From NCBI GenBank assembly GCA_951812755.1, contig OX638329.1:293339-357338 (forward strand): a stretch of DNA of 64,000 bases, given 5' to 3'. A program made the translations under genes and the position numbers. The first letter of the stretch is position 1. Every line of letters starts with the position of its first letter. The notes below the pieces were generated by a model. That model saw only the letters and a program-made list of their open reading frames with translations, did no database searches and was not told where the DNA came from. Shown here one piece after another: positions 56,291 to 64,000 of the stretch. The stretch is from an uncultured Latescibacterota bacterium (GTDB lineage Bacteria; Latescibacterota; UBA2968).

Positions 56291-59200
56291 ATGCGTATCG
56301 CGACGATATTTTTGAGTTTAATAGTCGCAGTCTATGAAATACACGCCAGCGAGATGGACCTCCCGCCGCGCGGAGAAGGATCCATAGCTTTTGAGATCGA
56401 TGTGTGCAGTTTTCGATATCGGGGCCGCGAGGGATTCGAAGAAATAACCCTGCGCTTCCCCGTGGCGCAATTTGCATTCTTGAGGCAAAATTCGGGGATT
56501 TATCTCGCGCGCTACAAACCCTCGCTGCGAGTCTTAAACGATGCCGGAGAAGTTGTGCAACAGGTGGAGGCAGAAAGCAGGTTGACAGCCGAATCACTGG
56601 AAGCCACCGTCGAGACAGACCGCATGGTATATGACATGGTGCAGGTGCGCCTGCCCACAGGTCGCTATCGCGGGGAACTGACCCTGAGCGACTTGCAGGC
56701 CGACCGCTCGGGATTGGCGGTATTTTCTCTTGATGTACCCACTTATGATCCCGGTAAAATAGGCATGAGCGACCTGTATTTGTCTTCCGGATTCAATCCA
56801 CAGGGAGCCGGAGAGAGCCTGGAGATGTTCCGAAAAGACGGACGATTAATACTGCCCAACCCGGCACGGCAATATCGGCGGGGGGATCCGCTTTACTTGT
56901 ATTTTGAGGTGTATTATCTGGGCTATCAGAGCCACCGGGTTGAGATGCAGATAGAAGACCGATACGGACATCGCCTTTGGCGCGATCAGCGGTCATTTCC
57001 CGGGTATCGGGGTGAAGTCAAATTCGCCGAGGGCATTCCCACCCATGAACTGCTTCCGGGAACATACACGTTGCGGGTTCAAGTGGCAGCCGGACGGGAT
57101 ACACTCGTATCGGCCCGAAAATTTGAAGTGATGGGCGACGCGCTTGTTCCGGCTTCGGGCTTTGATGATCAGCGCTCAAAAACAGCGCAGCACTTATTAA
57201 AACGATTTGGTGGAGCCGAGGCCGAAGCCACTTATACTGGCCTGGGACGCGCAGACCGCGCGGCATTCCTCTATGGATACTGGATGGACCGCAATCCGAT
57301 TGTGGCGCGGTCGTATTACAACCCGCTACTCGGTTTTGGCGCGCCTCCCAACCTGAACGGGGCGATAATCACCGCCATGGGCAGGCGCAAAGAATTGGCA
57401 ACACATCTCGACCCGCGCTATGCGGCCCGACAGGTGTTGCCAGATACGGCAATGGCGCGAGCGGCCCTGATGGTGATTGAGGCGATTCACAAGGACGATG
57501 GGAACGATTTGATGGGACAAGCCGCCCGGGGGTATGCCTATCTATTTGCCAGCAACTTGCCATACTCAGAACGGGCATTTAACTCGGCATTGAACGCAGG
57601 TGGGGTATTCCCCGAAGTGTACAATGGTGTGGGGATATCCCACATGGGACGCAAGCGGTGGGACAAAGCCGTGACGGCTTATGATCAGGCTCTCGCCCTC
57701 CGCCCCGACTGGAAACCCGCGCAGGTCAACCGCGCGCTTGCCCGCTTACTCGGAGGCAAACAGCGGGCAGAAGACGCCTTGAAAGAGGCGATTGAAGCCT
57801 ATCCGCATCACCCTGAGTTGCTGTATTTGCTCGGGCGAGTGTTTGAACGCGAGGGCAAGATCGAAGCTGCCGAGAAAGCCTATACCCGACAGATTGTGGT
57901 AAACCCAATGCACGCGCGGGCGCGATTCGATCTGGGGCGAATATGGCTGAAACGGGGACAACGCGCAAGAGCGACGCACGTGTGGCGCGAACTGATGGAC
58001 ACGCGCCCCGAACTGCGCGAGGAATGCCTCCCCCTTCTCCTGGGCGTGTATCAACTGCTGGGACAAACGGGAGAAGCGCAAAAGGTGATGGCCGAGTATT
58101 TGCGCACCGTAGATGACGACACGCGCGGACTTCTGCAAGACATCCGCCTTATTGCGACCCTGAAAGAAACCGCCACTTACGAGGTATTGCCGCCCGAGCA
58201 GCATCCGGACTTTGAGCGGATGTTCTGGCAGCGCCGCGACCCCACGCCAGCCACCCCTGGCAACGAGCGGCTGGTGGAGCACTATCGGCGGGTGCTCTAT
58301 GCGATGCAGCATTTTTCTGCCGGGCGCAAGCCGTGGGACAGGCGCGGGGAGATTTATATTCGCTATGGAGAACCCGCACACAAGAGCCGCGCAGGCGATG
58401 TGCGCTATGAGATGGACCCCGATGTCGTGCGGGTCAAGGAGCGGCTGTGGCTGGGCATTCCAGTAGATGGTCGCAAAGAGATTATCGCGCGGATGGGCAG
58501 GTTGCGGACATCCATGCAAGATGTGGTGATACACGACGAATACGGGCTTGAGGTCACTGTAAACGATTTTGAGGCAATAGACTTTGAATTGAACCCCAAC
58601 CGCTCCCGTTTTGGTGCCACATCTTACAATCAGGTAAGCACTGACCGCTATCAGCCCACCGTGGAACTCAGCGGCTATGATCGAGGTGCGAGCGATAAGA
58701 CGGTGCGGGGCTATCCGCTCTATCCCATCGACAGCGGCACGCGCTGGGAATACTGGATTTATCCGGATGTCGCCGGAGGAATCGAGGTGGTGTTCACGGC
58801 TTTAGACCGGAAAGGGAACTACATCTATCCCGATATCCCGCAGGGCCGGAGCGAATCGCACTTCAACATGGCACTGTGGACAGACCGCCGGCCCGACCGG
58901 CAGGTGACGTCGGCCATCCAGGCACAGGCAGATCTTATGCCGCCTTTTGACGATGTATTGAATTTCCATTTTGACGCGGTCGATTTCCAGGGACAAAACG
59001 ACCGCAGCCGCATGGAAGTATATTACGGCGTACCCCTATCTAATTTGCCAGACAGCGTACAGGCAACCGGCATTTTGGAACGGGGCATTGCGTTATTTGA
59101 CAGCACATGGCGACCAGTCTATCGAAAAATGGCCCCCCTGCCTTTTGCGGTAGATGCGACAGATTCGCTGGGAGCAGGCGATCTCGCCGTTGATCAAATC

Positions 59201-59761
59201 GCGCTCAATCTGCCGCCGGGCAACTATCACCTGGGGGTGGAGGTGCGCAGTCTGCAAAGCAATCTGCGGGGCGCTTATACCCGGTCGCTAACAGTGGAGC
59301 CTTATGTAGGTCCTTCGCTGATGCTTTCCGACATCGAGATGGCCGGTCTGGTGGTGCAAGACCCTTCCTCAAAAGTAAAAGGTGGACACAAAGTCGTGCC
59401 TATGCCATCCAAAACCTATTTGCCGGGACAACCTGTGACGATTTATTACGAGGTTTATGGGTTGACATTCAACGAATTGGGTCAAACGCGCTACCAGATG
59501 GATTACAAAATATCACCCCGCAAAGGCAAACCCCTGGCCGTGACGATTTTGCGCGCGGTCGGAAAACTCCTGGGTATTGAGCAAAAGAAAGTGGTAACAA
59601 TTTCTTACGAACAGACAGGCACGCAGAAAACAGAGCACAATTATCTGGAGATTGACGTGAAGGGATCAGAGGCGGGGCGCTATGAATTAGAGGTGGCAGT
59701 GACGGATTTGAATACGGGAACAAAGGTCGCCAAGGACGTTATATTCTTTATTGCCAGGTAG
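56291..59761 (+). CDS. Secreted TPR repeat plus GWxTD domain protein (paralog of 39959-42547)
   Basis: Signal peptide. TPRs. MFWQRRDPTPATPGNERLVEHYRRVLYAMQHFSAGRKPWDRRGEIYIRYGEP (the GWxTD block). A C-terminal region collinear with the paralog. Confidence 0.65.
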   Translation: MRIATIFLSLIVAVYEIHASEMDLPPRGEGSIAFEIDVCSFRYRGREGFEEITLRFPVAQFAFLRQNSGIYLARYKPSLRVLNDAGEVVQQVEAESRLTAESLEATVETDRMVYDMVQVRLPTGRYRGELTLSDLQADRSGLAVFSLDVPTYDPGKIGMSDLYLSSGFNPQGAGESLEMFRKDGRLILPNPARQYRRGDPLYLYFEVYYLGYQSHRVEMQIEDRYGHRLWRDQRSFPGYRGEVKFAEGIPTHELLPGTYTLRVQVAAGRDTLVSARKFEVMGDALVPASGFDDQRSKTAQHLLKRFGGAEAEATYTGLGRADRAAFLYGYWMDRNPIVARSYYNPLLGFGAPPNLNGAIITAMGRRKELATHLDPRYAARQVLPDTAMARAALMVIEAIHKDDGNDLMGQAARGYAYLFASNLPYSERAFNSALNAGGVFPEVYNGVGISHMGRKRWDKAVTAYDQALALRPDWKPAQVNRALARLLGGKQRAEDALKEAIEAYPHHPELLYLLGRVFEREGKIEAAEKAYTRQIVVNPMHARARFDLGRIWLKRGQRARATHVWRELMDTRPELREECLPLLLGVYQLLGQTGEAQKVMAEYLRTVDDDTRGLLQDIRLIATLKETATYEVLPPEQHPDFERMFWQRRDPTPATPGNERLVEHYRRVLYAMQHFSAGRKPWDRRGEIYIRYGEPAHKSRAGDVRYEMDPDVVRVKERLWLGIPVDGRKEIIARMGRLRTSMQDVVIHDEYGLEVTVNDFEAIDFELNPNRSRFGATSYNQVSTDRYQPTVELSGYDRGASDKTVRGYPLYPIDSGTRWEYWIYPDVAGGIEVVFTALDRKGNYIYPDIPQGRSESHFNMALWTDRRPDRQVTSAIQAQADLMPPFDDVLNFHFDAVDFQGQNDRSRMEVYYGVPLSNLPDSVQATGILERGIALFDSTWRPVYRKMAPLPFAVDATDSLGAGDLAVDQIALNLPPGNYHLGVEVRSLQSNLRGAYTRSLTVEPYVGPSLMLSDIEMAGLVVQDPSSKVKGGHKVVPMPSKTYLPGQPVTIYYEVYGLTFNELGQTRYQMDYKISPRKGKPLAVTILRAVGKLLGIEQKKVVTISYEQTGTQKTEHNYLEIDVKGSEAGRYELEVAVTDLNTGTKVAKDVIFFIAR

Positions 59762-59762
59762 A

Positions 59763-61205
59763 TCACGCACCGCCATAAGCTCTCGCAAAATAGGTCTGGA
59801 ACCCCTCTGGCCCGGGCCAGCCATCGAAAAGACGGCAATTCTCGGGCACCTCGCCTTCTGCACCGTTTTTGAGCCAGTCGATCAGAATGGGATCAGCACC
59901 CCGGCGCTCGAGTTCAGAAAGCCCAGCGGTTTGCAGGTTCTGGACGCGGTCGGGATATTCCGCCGCCGTGTTGTCCAGCGACCCATAAGGCGTGAGCATG
60001 CAGTCTTCTGGCCTGGGCTGCCATTCCAGATATCCCTCCTGATCGAACACAGTGAAAAATCCCCGCTGTTTTGCCCACCCCCGGGCAGTGCCCGCAAGCG
60101 CGAGTTGCCGCATTCCCGTACTCCCCTCCCGTGCGGCGGCGAGAATATCCTGGCTGTCTATATCCCCCGGAATTGGCGCACTCGCCAGATTGGCGACAGT
60201 AGCGTAAAAATCCTGCGGTTGAAAAATAGCTGAACTGCGTCCCCCGTCGCCTTCGGGAGTTTTGATAATGAGCGGGATGTGAATCTCCTGCTCGTACACA
60301 GGCGCGTACTTGCCAAAGCGACCGCGCTCACCTACATTGGTACCGTGATCCCCAGCAATAATGATCGCGGTATTTTTGCTCAAGCCAGTGGCGTCAAAGG
60401 CTTCGAGAAAACGCCCAAAGCAATGATCCATCCATGTAACCTTGGCGGCATAACTCGCTTTGAGGCGCGCTCTGGCTTCATCGGGCAAATTGGGATTGTT
60501 GCGTCCCCCGCCCTGAAAAGCGCGGGGATCAAGCCGCCCATCATAACCGGGAGTTTTGTCGTATTTCAGCATAAAAGCCGGGGGCACGTCCCACGGTTCG
60601 TGGGGATCAAAGCAATCAATCCAGAGAAAGAAATTTTCCCGCCGCGCATTATCCCGCAAGAATTGGGCTGCCGTATTGAACAATTTGGCGCAATTCCAAT
60701 CGTCTAAATTTGTGCGTCCCCGGTTGGTACGGGCATACGTATAGTTGTGTTTTGTCAGAGCCGCGTCTTCTCCCAGAACATCGAATACGGGATCTTTGCA
60801 CCAGTTGCTGGGCCATTGTGCTTCATCATCCATCCATGCGCGGTCAACTTCTGCACCGCGAATAAACGTCCATGTGTGAAACGGATAATCAAATGCGTGC
60901 CCGCCGTTGACGAGATGAGGCGTATCGTGAATGAGTTGTGTCGCATATCCCGCTTCGCCCAGCACAGACGGAAGAGAGCGCGTGTCAAAAGGCAGGGGTT
61001 TCCAGGTGTGGAACGGACTGCCGTATTTTCCGGTCATAACATCCGTGCGATAGGGAATGGTGGGAAAACTGGCGGCAAAAGCGCGGTCAAAACACCATGA
61101 CTGCGCGGATAGACGATCGAGATTGGGCGTCTCAATCCAGTCATTTCCGTTAGCACCAATATAGTCATAGCGCATCGTATCAATGATAATGAGAACGATA
61201 TTCAT
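59763..61205 (-). CDS. Sulfatase-like hydrolase/transferase of the alkaline-phosphatase superfamily, with a non-canonical motif in place of CxPxR
   Basis: NIVLIIIDTMRYD metal-site start. ..SFPTIPYRTDVMTG in the position of the formylglycine motif (no Cys). The start is ATG at complement 61203-61205 with GGGAG SD. Confidence 0.55.
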   Translation of the reverse strand: MNIVLIIIDTMRYDYIGANGNDWIETPNLDRLSAQSWCFDRAFAASFPTIPYRTDVMTGKYGSPFHTWKPLPFDTRSLPSVLGEAGYATQLIHDTPHLVNGGHAFDYPFHTWTFIRGAEVDRAWMDDEAQWPSNWCKDPVFDVLGEDAALTKHNYTYARTNRGRTNLDDWNCAKLFNTAAQFLRDNARRENFFLWIDCFDPHEPWDVPPAFMLKYDKTPGYDGRLDPRAFQGGGRNNPNLPDEARARLKASYAAKVTWMDHCFGRFLEAFDATGLSKNTAIIIAGDHGTNVGERGRFGKYAPVYEQEIHIPLIIKTPEGDGGRSSAIFQPQDFYATVANLASAPIPGDIDSQDILAAAREGSTGMRQLALAGTARGWAKQRGFFTVFDQEGYLEWQPRPEDCMLTPYGSLDNTAAEYPDRVQNLQTAGLSELERRGADPILIDWLKNGAEGEVPENCRLFDGWPGPEGFQTYFARAYGGA

Positions 61206-61281
61206 AGAATCTCCCTTCACAACGGGCGAAAGGTTTTTCGCCCCTACCATTTATCTGTGTGTATCTGCGTTCATCTGCGGA

Positions 61282-62058
61282 TCACACTTCCTGCACCACC
61301 GGTGGTCGTCTTCCCGCAGATGGCGGCGTCAAGATACGCCGCTGTTGATCTGATGGGTTGGTATAATCATCCGCATTGTAAAACTTATTGGAATATGCCA
61401 GATTGCCCGGCGCGTATTTATACAGAAATGCGCGGCGTTCATGGCCTGCTCTCCACGGCATCGTGCCGTGCATCAGTGCCTCTGTAAAAATCAGCGCATC
61501 GCCTGCTTCCACTTCTGGTTGAACCATATAATCGGGAACGCGTTCAAAATCTCGCACTTCGAGTGGCACATTTTGTCCAAAATTGGTCTTATGGCTCCCG
61601 GGAATACAGGCAAAGCCCCCATCTCCCGCCTTTGCATCCGCCAAAAAGAACGTCACCACACTCAACCCATTCAGCATCTCACCTTCCAGATACAGGTACT
61701 TGCGTTGACTGCCCCTGTGCCCACCGGGCGAGCCGTGCAACCGACCACAAGCAGCCCCCGGTCTCATAAAGATACAATAGTCGTGATCGAGGCGAAAACC
61801 TGGACCGAGCAATTCAATTAAATACGGCAAAATGCGCGGGTGATCGATCAGAGCCTGTGTTTCTGGCGACCACGCAGACACCCGCCCTACTTGTCGGCGA
61901 CCTTTTCGCCCCTTTGAGTCCTCGCCCGGGTCGTCGTAATCGCGAATGAATGTCGCATCAGCGACCTCATTGAGCCGTTTGACTTCCTGAGGCGTCAACA
62001 CATTTTTAATGATCAAATAGCCATCGAGGTCAAACATAAACCGTTCTTCTGGTGTCAT
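61282..62058 (-). CDS. Phytanoyl-CoA dioxygenase (PhyH) family protein
   Basis: LDHDYC (HxD) and a distal His (IPGSHKTNF). About 260 aa. Confidence 0.5.
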   Translation of the reverse strand: MTPEERFMFDLDGYLIIKNVLTPQEVKRLNEVADATFIRDYDDPGEDSKGRKGRRQVGRVSAWSPETQALIDHPRILPYLIELLGPGFRLDHDYCIFMRPGAACGRLHGSPGGHRGSQRKYLYLEGEMLNGLSVVTFFLADAKAGDGGFACIPGSHKTNFGQNVPLEVRDFERVPDYMVQPEVEAGDALIFTEALMHGTMPWRAGHERRAFLYKYAPGNLAYSNKFYNADDYTNPSDQQRRILTPPSAGRRPPVVQEV

Positions 62059-62101
62059 TTTGCCCTCCTTAATTCTTAATTCCTAATTCTTAATTGCATT
62101 C

Positions 62102-63247
62102 TTAAATATAATTCGTCGAGCCATCGGGCGCTTTGGTACTCCCCCGTTCCCAGTGGACGTATTCACCCGCTTTGATGACTTCCTCATTCACTTCCACGCC
62201 CAGGCCGGGACGGTCTGGCCTCAATTCCAAATATCCATCCACGGGCCAATAGGGTTCGTCCAACCAGTTCAGGGCATTGCTCTCATCGGGCAGGTGATAT
62301 TCCAGAATTTTGAAATTGGGCGTGGCGGCTGCAAAATGGACATTGACCGCAGTCGCCAATGGTCCCATCGGGTTGTGCGGTGCCACCGTCACATAATGCG
62401 CCTGTGCAATTGCAGCGATCTTGCGCATCTCCAATAAACCACCGCATATACAAACATCCGGCTGAATAATATCCGCGCCATCTTTCGACAACAAATCCAA
62501 AAACTCAAACTTCGTGTACAGAGATTCACCCGTTGCCAGCGGAACCTGCATTTGAGAACGCAAGCGTCCCCACGCATCGCTGTTCTCGGGCCTTAAGGGT
62601 TCTTCATAAAAGAGCGGATCATAAGGTGCCAGGGCATTGGCCAGTTGCAATGCGCGAATTGGCTCAAAAATTTTGGCATGTGGATCAAATGCAAATTCCC
62701 AATTGTCATCCGAATACTTTCGCAATGCCTCAAAATAATCGGCGGCAGCCGCACAGACCCGACCCCATCGATCCGCACTGGGGTCCAGGCGAAATGGGCT
62801 GGTCTTAAATGCCGTAATACCGTGTTCTTCGTTTAGTTTGCGCGCAACACCTGCTGCTTCCTTGCCGTCTTTTCCGCCGACACTCCGATAAACCTGAATG
62901 CGATCGCGCACAGCACCACCCAACAGCATATAAACCGGCAATCCAGCAGCTTTGCCGCTGATATCCCACAGCGCGTGGTCCAGGCCCGACATAGCGGAAA
63001 GACCTATTGCTCCTGGTGGAAATCTGAACTGCTGAAACAGCTTGAGCATGATATATTCAATCCGCCGAGGATCTTCACCTTTAATCAGTTCAAAAATATA
63101 ATCCATCGTGGGACCAATTGCCAGATCGGGACCCGGGCTATAACACTCTCCCCATCCGTAAATCCCTTCATCGGTTTCGACCTTTACCAGCGCGCGGGAC
63201 CGCTGTCCCATGCTCGCCATAAACGTCTTGATTGCTGTGATTTTCAT
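62102..63247 (-). CDS. Mandelate racemase / muconate lactonizing enzyme family protein (enolase superfamily; sugar-acid dehydratase-like)
   Basis: The N-terminal capping domain leads into the barrel domain, which carries the metal ligands D/E/D (..FDPH.., ..YEEP.., ..IQPD..). Its start abuts the stop of the next gene. Confidence 0.75.
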   Translation of the reverse strand: MKITAIKTFMASMGQRSRALVKVETDEGIYGWGECYSPGPDLAIGPTMDYIFELIKGEDPRRIEYIMLKLFQQFRFPPGAIGLSAMSGLDHALWDISGKAAGLPVYMLLGGAVRDRIQVYRSVGGKDGKEAAGVARKLNEEHGITAFKTSPFRLDPSADRWGRVCAAAADYFEALRKYSDDNWEFAFDPHAKIFEPIRALQLANALAPYDPLFYEEPLRPENSDAWGRLRSQMQVPLATGESLYTKFEFLDLLSKDGADIIQPDVCICGGLLEMRKIAAIAQAHYVTVAPHNPMGPLATAVNVHFAAATPNFKILEYHLPDESNALNWLDEPYWPVDGYLELRPDRPGLGVEVNEEVIKAGEYVHWERGSTKAPDGSTNYI

Positions 63248-64000
63248 TTATCCCCCCACTTTGCACGCAACGCGATAAACATCGGTTCTCGCTGTAAAAA
63301 ATAACGTCTTCAGACCTTCACCGCCCCAGTTCAAATTGGCAGCGGGAAGGGGCAGTTTAATTTTCCCAAGGAGGTCACCCGCAGGATTAAACACCCACAC
63401 AGCACCCGGTCCCGTGCAATAAATATTCCCATTGCGATCCAGCTTCATGCCATCGGGCGCGCCATCTTCATCGCCTTTCAGTTCAGCCAATACTCTGCCA
63501 TTTGCGAGAGATCCGTCTTCCTGCACATCAAATGCGCGAATATGTCCCCGATGCGTATCATCGACGTACAGGGTTTTTTCATCGGCGGTTATCGCCAACC
63601 CATTGGGGCGTTCAAAATCATCAATCAAAAGAACGGGTTCTGATTCGCCTACAGGCAGGCGATACACCCCCAGGAACGGCAATTCCTGTTCTCCCGGCAC
63701 ACCATGCCTACCCGACAGACCATAAGGTGGATCCGTAAAAATGATGTCCCCATTCTGACAGACAATCAGATCGTTGGGCGAATTTAGCTTTTTGCCCTGA
63801 TAAGAATCCACCACCGTCCTCAATTCGCCATCTGCCTCAATGCTCACCCGCCGGCCAGAGTGTTCGCACGAAAGGAGCCGCCCCTGTCCATCCAATGTCA
63901 ATCCATTTGAATGATAACTCGGTTGGCGATATGCGACCACTCCCCCTTCGGGCGACCACTTAAAAATGGTATTTGTGGGAATATCCGAAAAAAACAAACA
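63248..64000 (-). CDS. SMP-30/gluconolactonase/LRE family beta-propeller protein (N-terminus beyond the window)
   Basis: ..NSPNDLIVCQNGDIIFTDPPYG.., ..RPNGLAITADEKTLYVDDT.. and ..APDGMKLDRNGNIYCTG.. are typical lactonase propeller blades. The ORF is open to the window edge. Confidence 0.65.
   Translation of the reverse strand, partial: CLFFSDIPTNTIFKWSPEGGVVAYRQPSYHSNGLTLDGQGRLLSCEHSGRRVSIEADGELRTVVDSYQGKKLNSPNDLIVCQNGDIIFTDPPYGLSGRHGVPGEQELPFLGVYRLPVGESEPVLLIDDFERPNGLAITADEKTLYVDDTHRGHIRAFDVQEDGSLANGRVLAELKGDEDGAPDGMKLDRNGNIYCTGPGAVWVFNPAGDLLGKIKLPLPAANLNWGGEGLKTLFFTARTDVYRVACKVGG

Overview
This is a 64-kb bacterial chromosomal window with mixed GC (about 55-60% overall, with AT-rich patches). 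It is gene-dense and mostly accessory in character. I found no rRNA, tRNA, CRISPR array or intact transposase. The taxonomic origin is unclear: the gene content (sulfatases, GWxTD proteins, dockerin-like modules, an ankyrin protein) suggests an environmental or marine lineage, but I do not assert one.

Core metabolism is limited to a class I ribonucleotide reductase (nrdA and nrdB), an EpmA/GenX-like lysyl-tRNA-synthetase paralog, a SulP transporter, several dehydrogenases and dioxygenases, two sulfatase-type enzymes and a sugar-acid cluster. Much of the rest encodes secreted or membrane proteins with eukaryote-like or cell-surface modules. These include ankyrin repeats, FN3, dockerin-like and cadherin-like domains, TPR plus GWxTD domains, two fused MFS/spermidine-synthase proteins and a GT39/PMT-like glycosyltransferase with TPRs.

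The most striking feature is a roughly 5.9-kb compositionally foreign insertion that splits nrdA from nrdB (9162-15061). It carries four things: a Panacea-domain (DUF4065) antitoxin-like gene followed by two small membrane-protein genes; an orphan AAA_21-type ATPase gene bracketed by exact 27-bp direct repeats, with a decayed remnant of a second copy; a strongly ribosome-bound 33-codon hydrophobic peptide ORF; and an ATPase plus DUF4276 (Toprim-like, split OLD / AbiL / PARIS-like) gene pair whose stop codon lies only 38 bp upstream of nrdB. A near-consensus sigma70 promoter with an embedded palindrome sits at the head of the + strand part of the island.

Other notable items:
- two diverged copies of a surface-protein C-terminal module with different N-terminal heads (one head resembles a PEP-utilizing enzyme ATP-grasp domain) and very long poly-Pro or (PT)n linkers;
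- a gene cluster combining a TPR-glycosyltransferase, a pair of paralogous 650-aa polytopic membrane proteins, a dockerin-like protein and a TPR-GWxTD protein;
- a frameshifted type I PKS (KS-AT) remnant;
- a DUF4258/DUF2283 toxin-antitoxin pair;
- several intergenic repeat families (a REP-like palindrome in 4 copies, a 135-bp element in 2 copies, a 17-bp by 9 minisatellite) and in-frame coding repeats.

All functional calls rest on motif recognition by eye and need HMM or BLAST confirmation.
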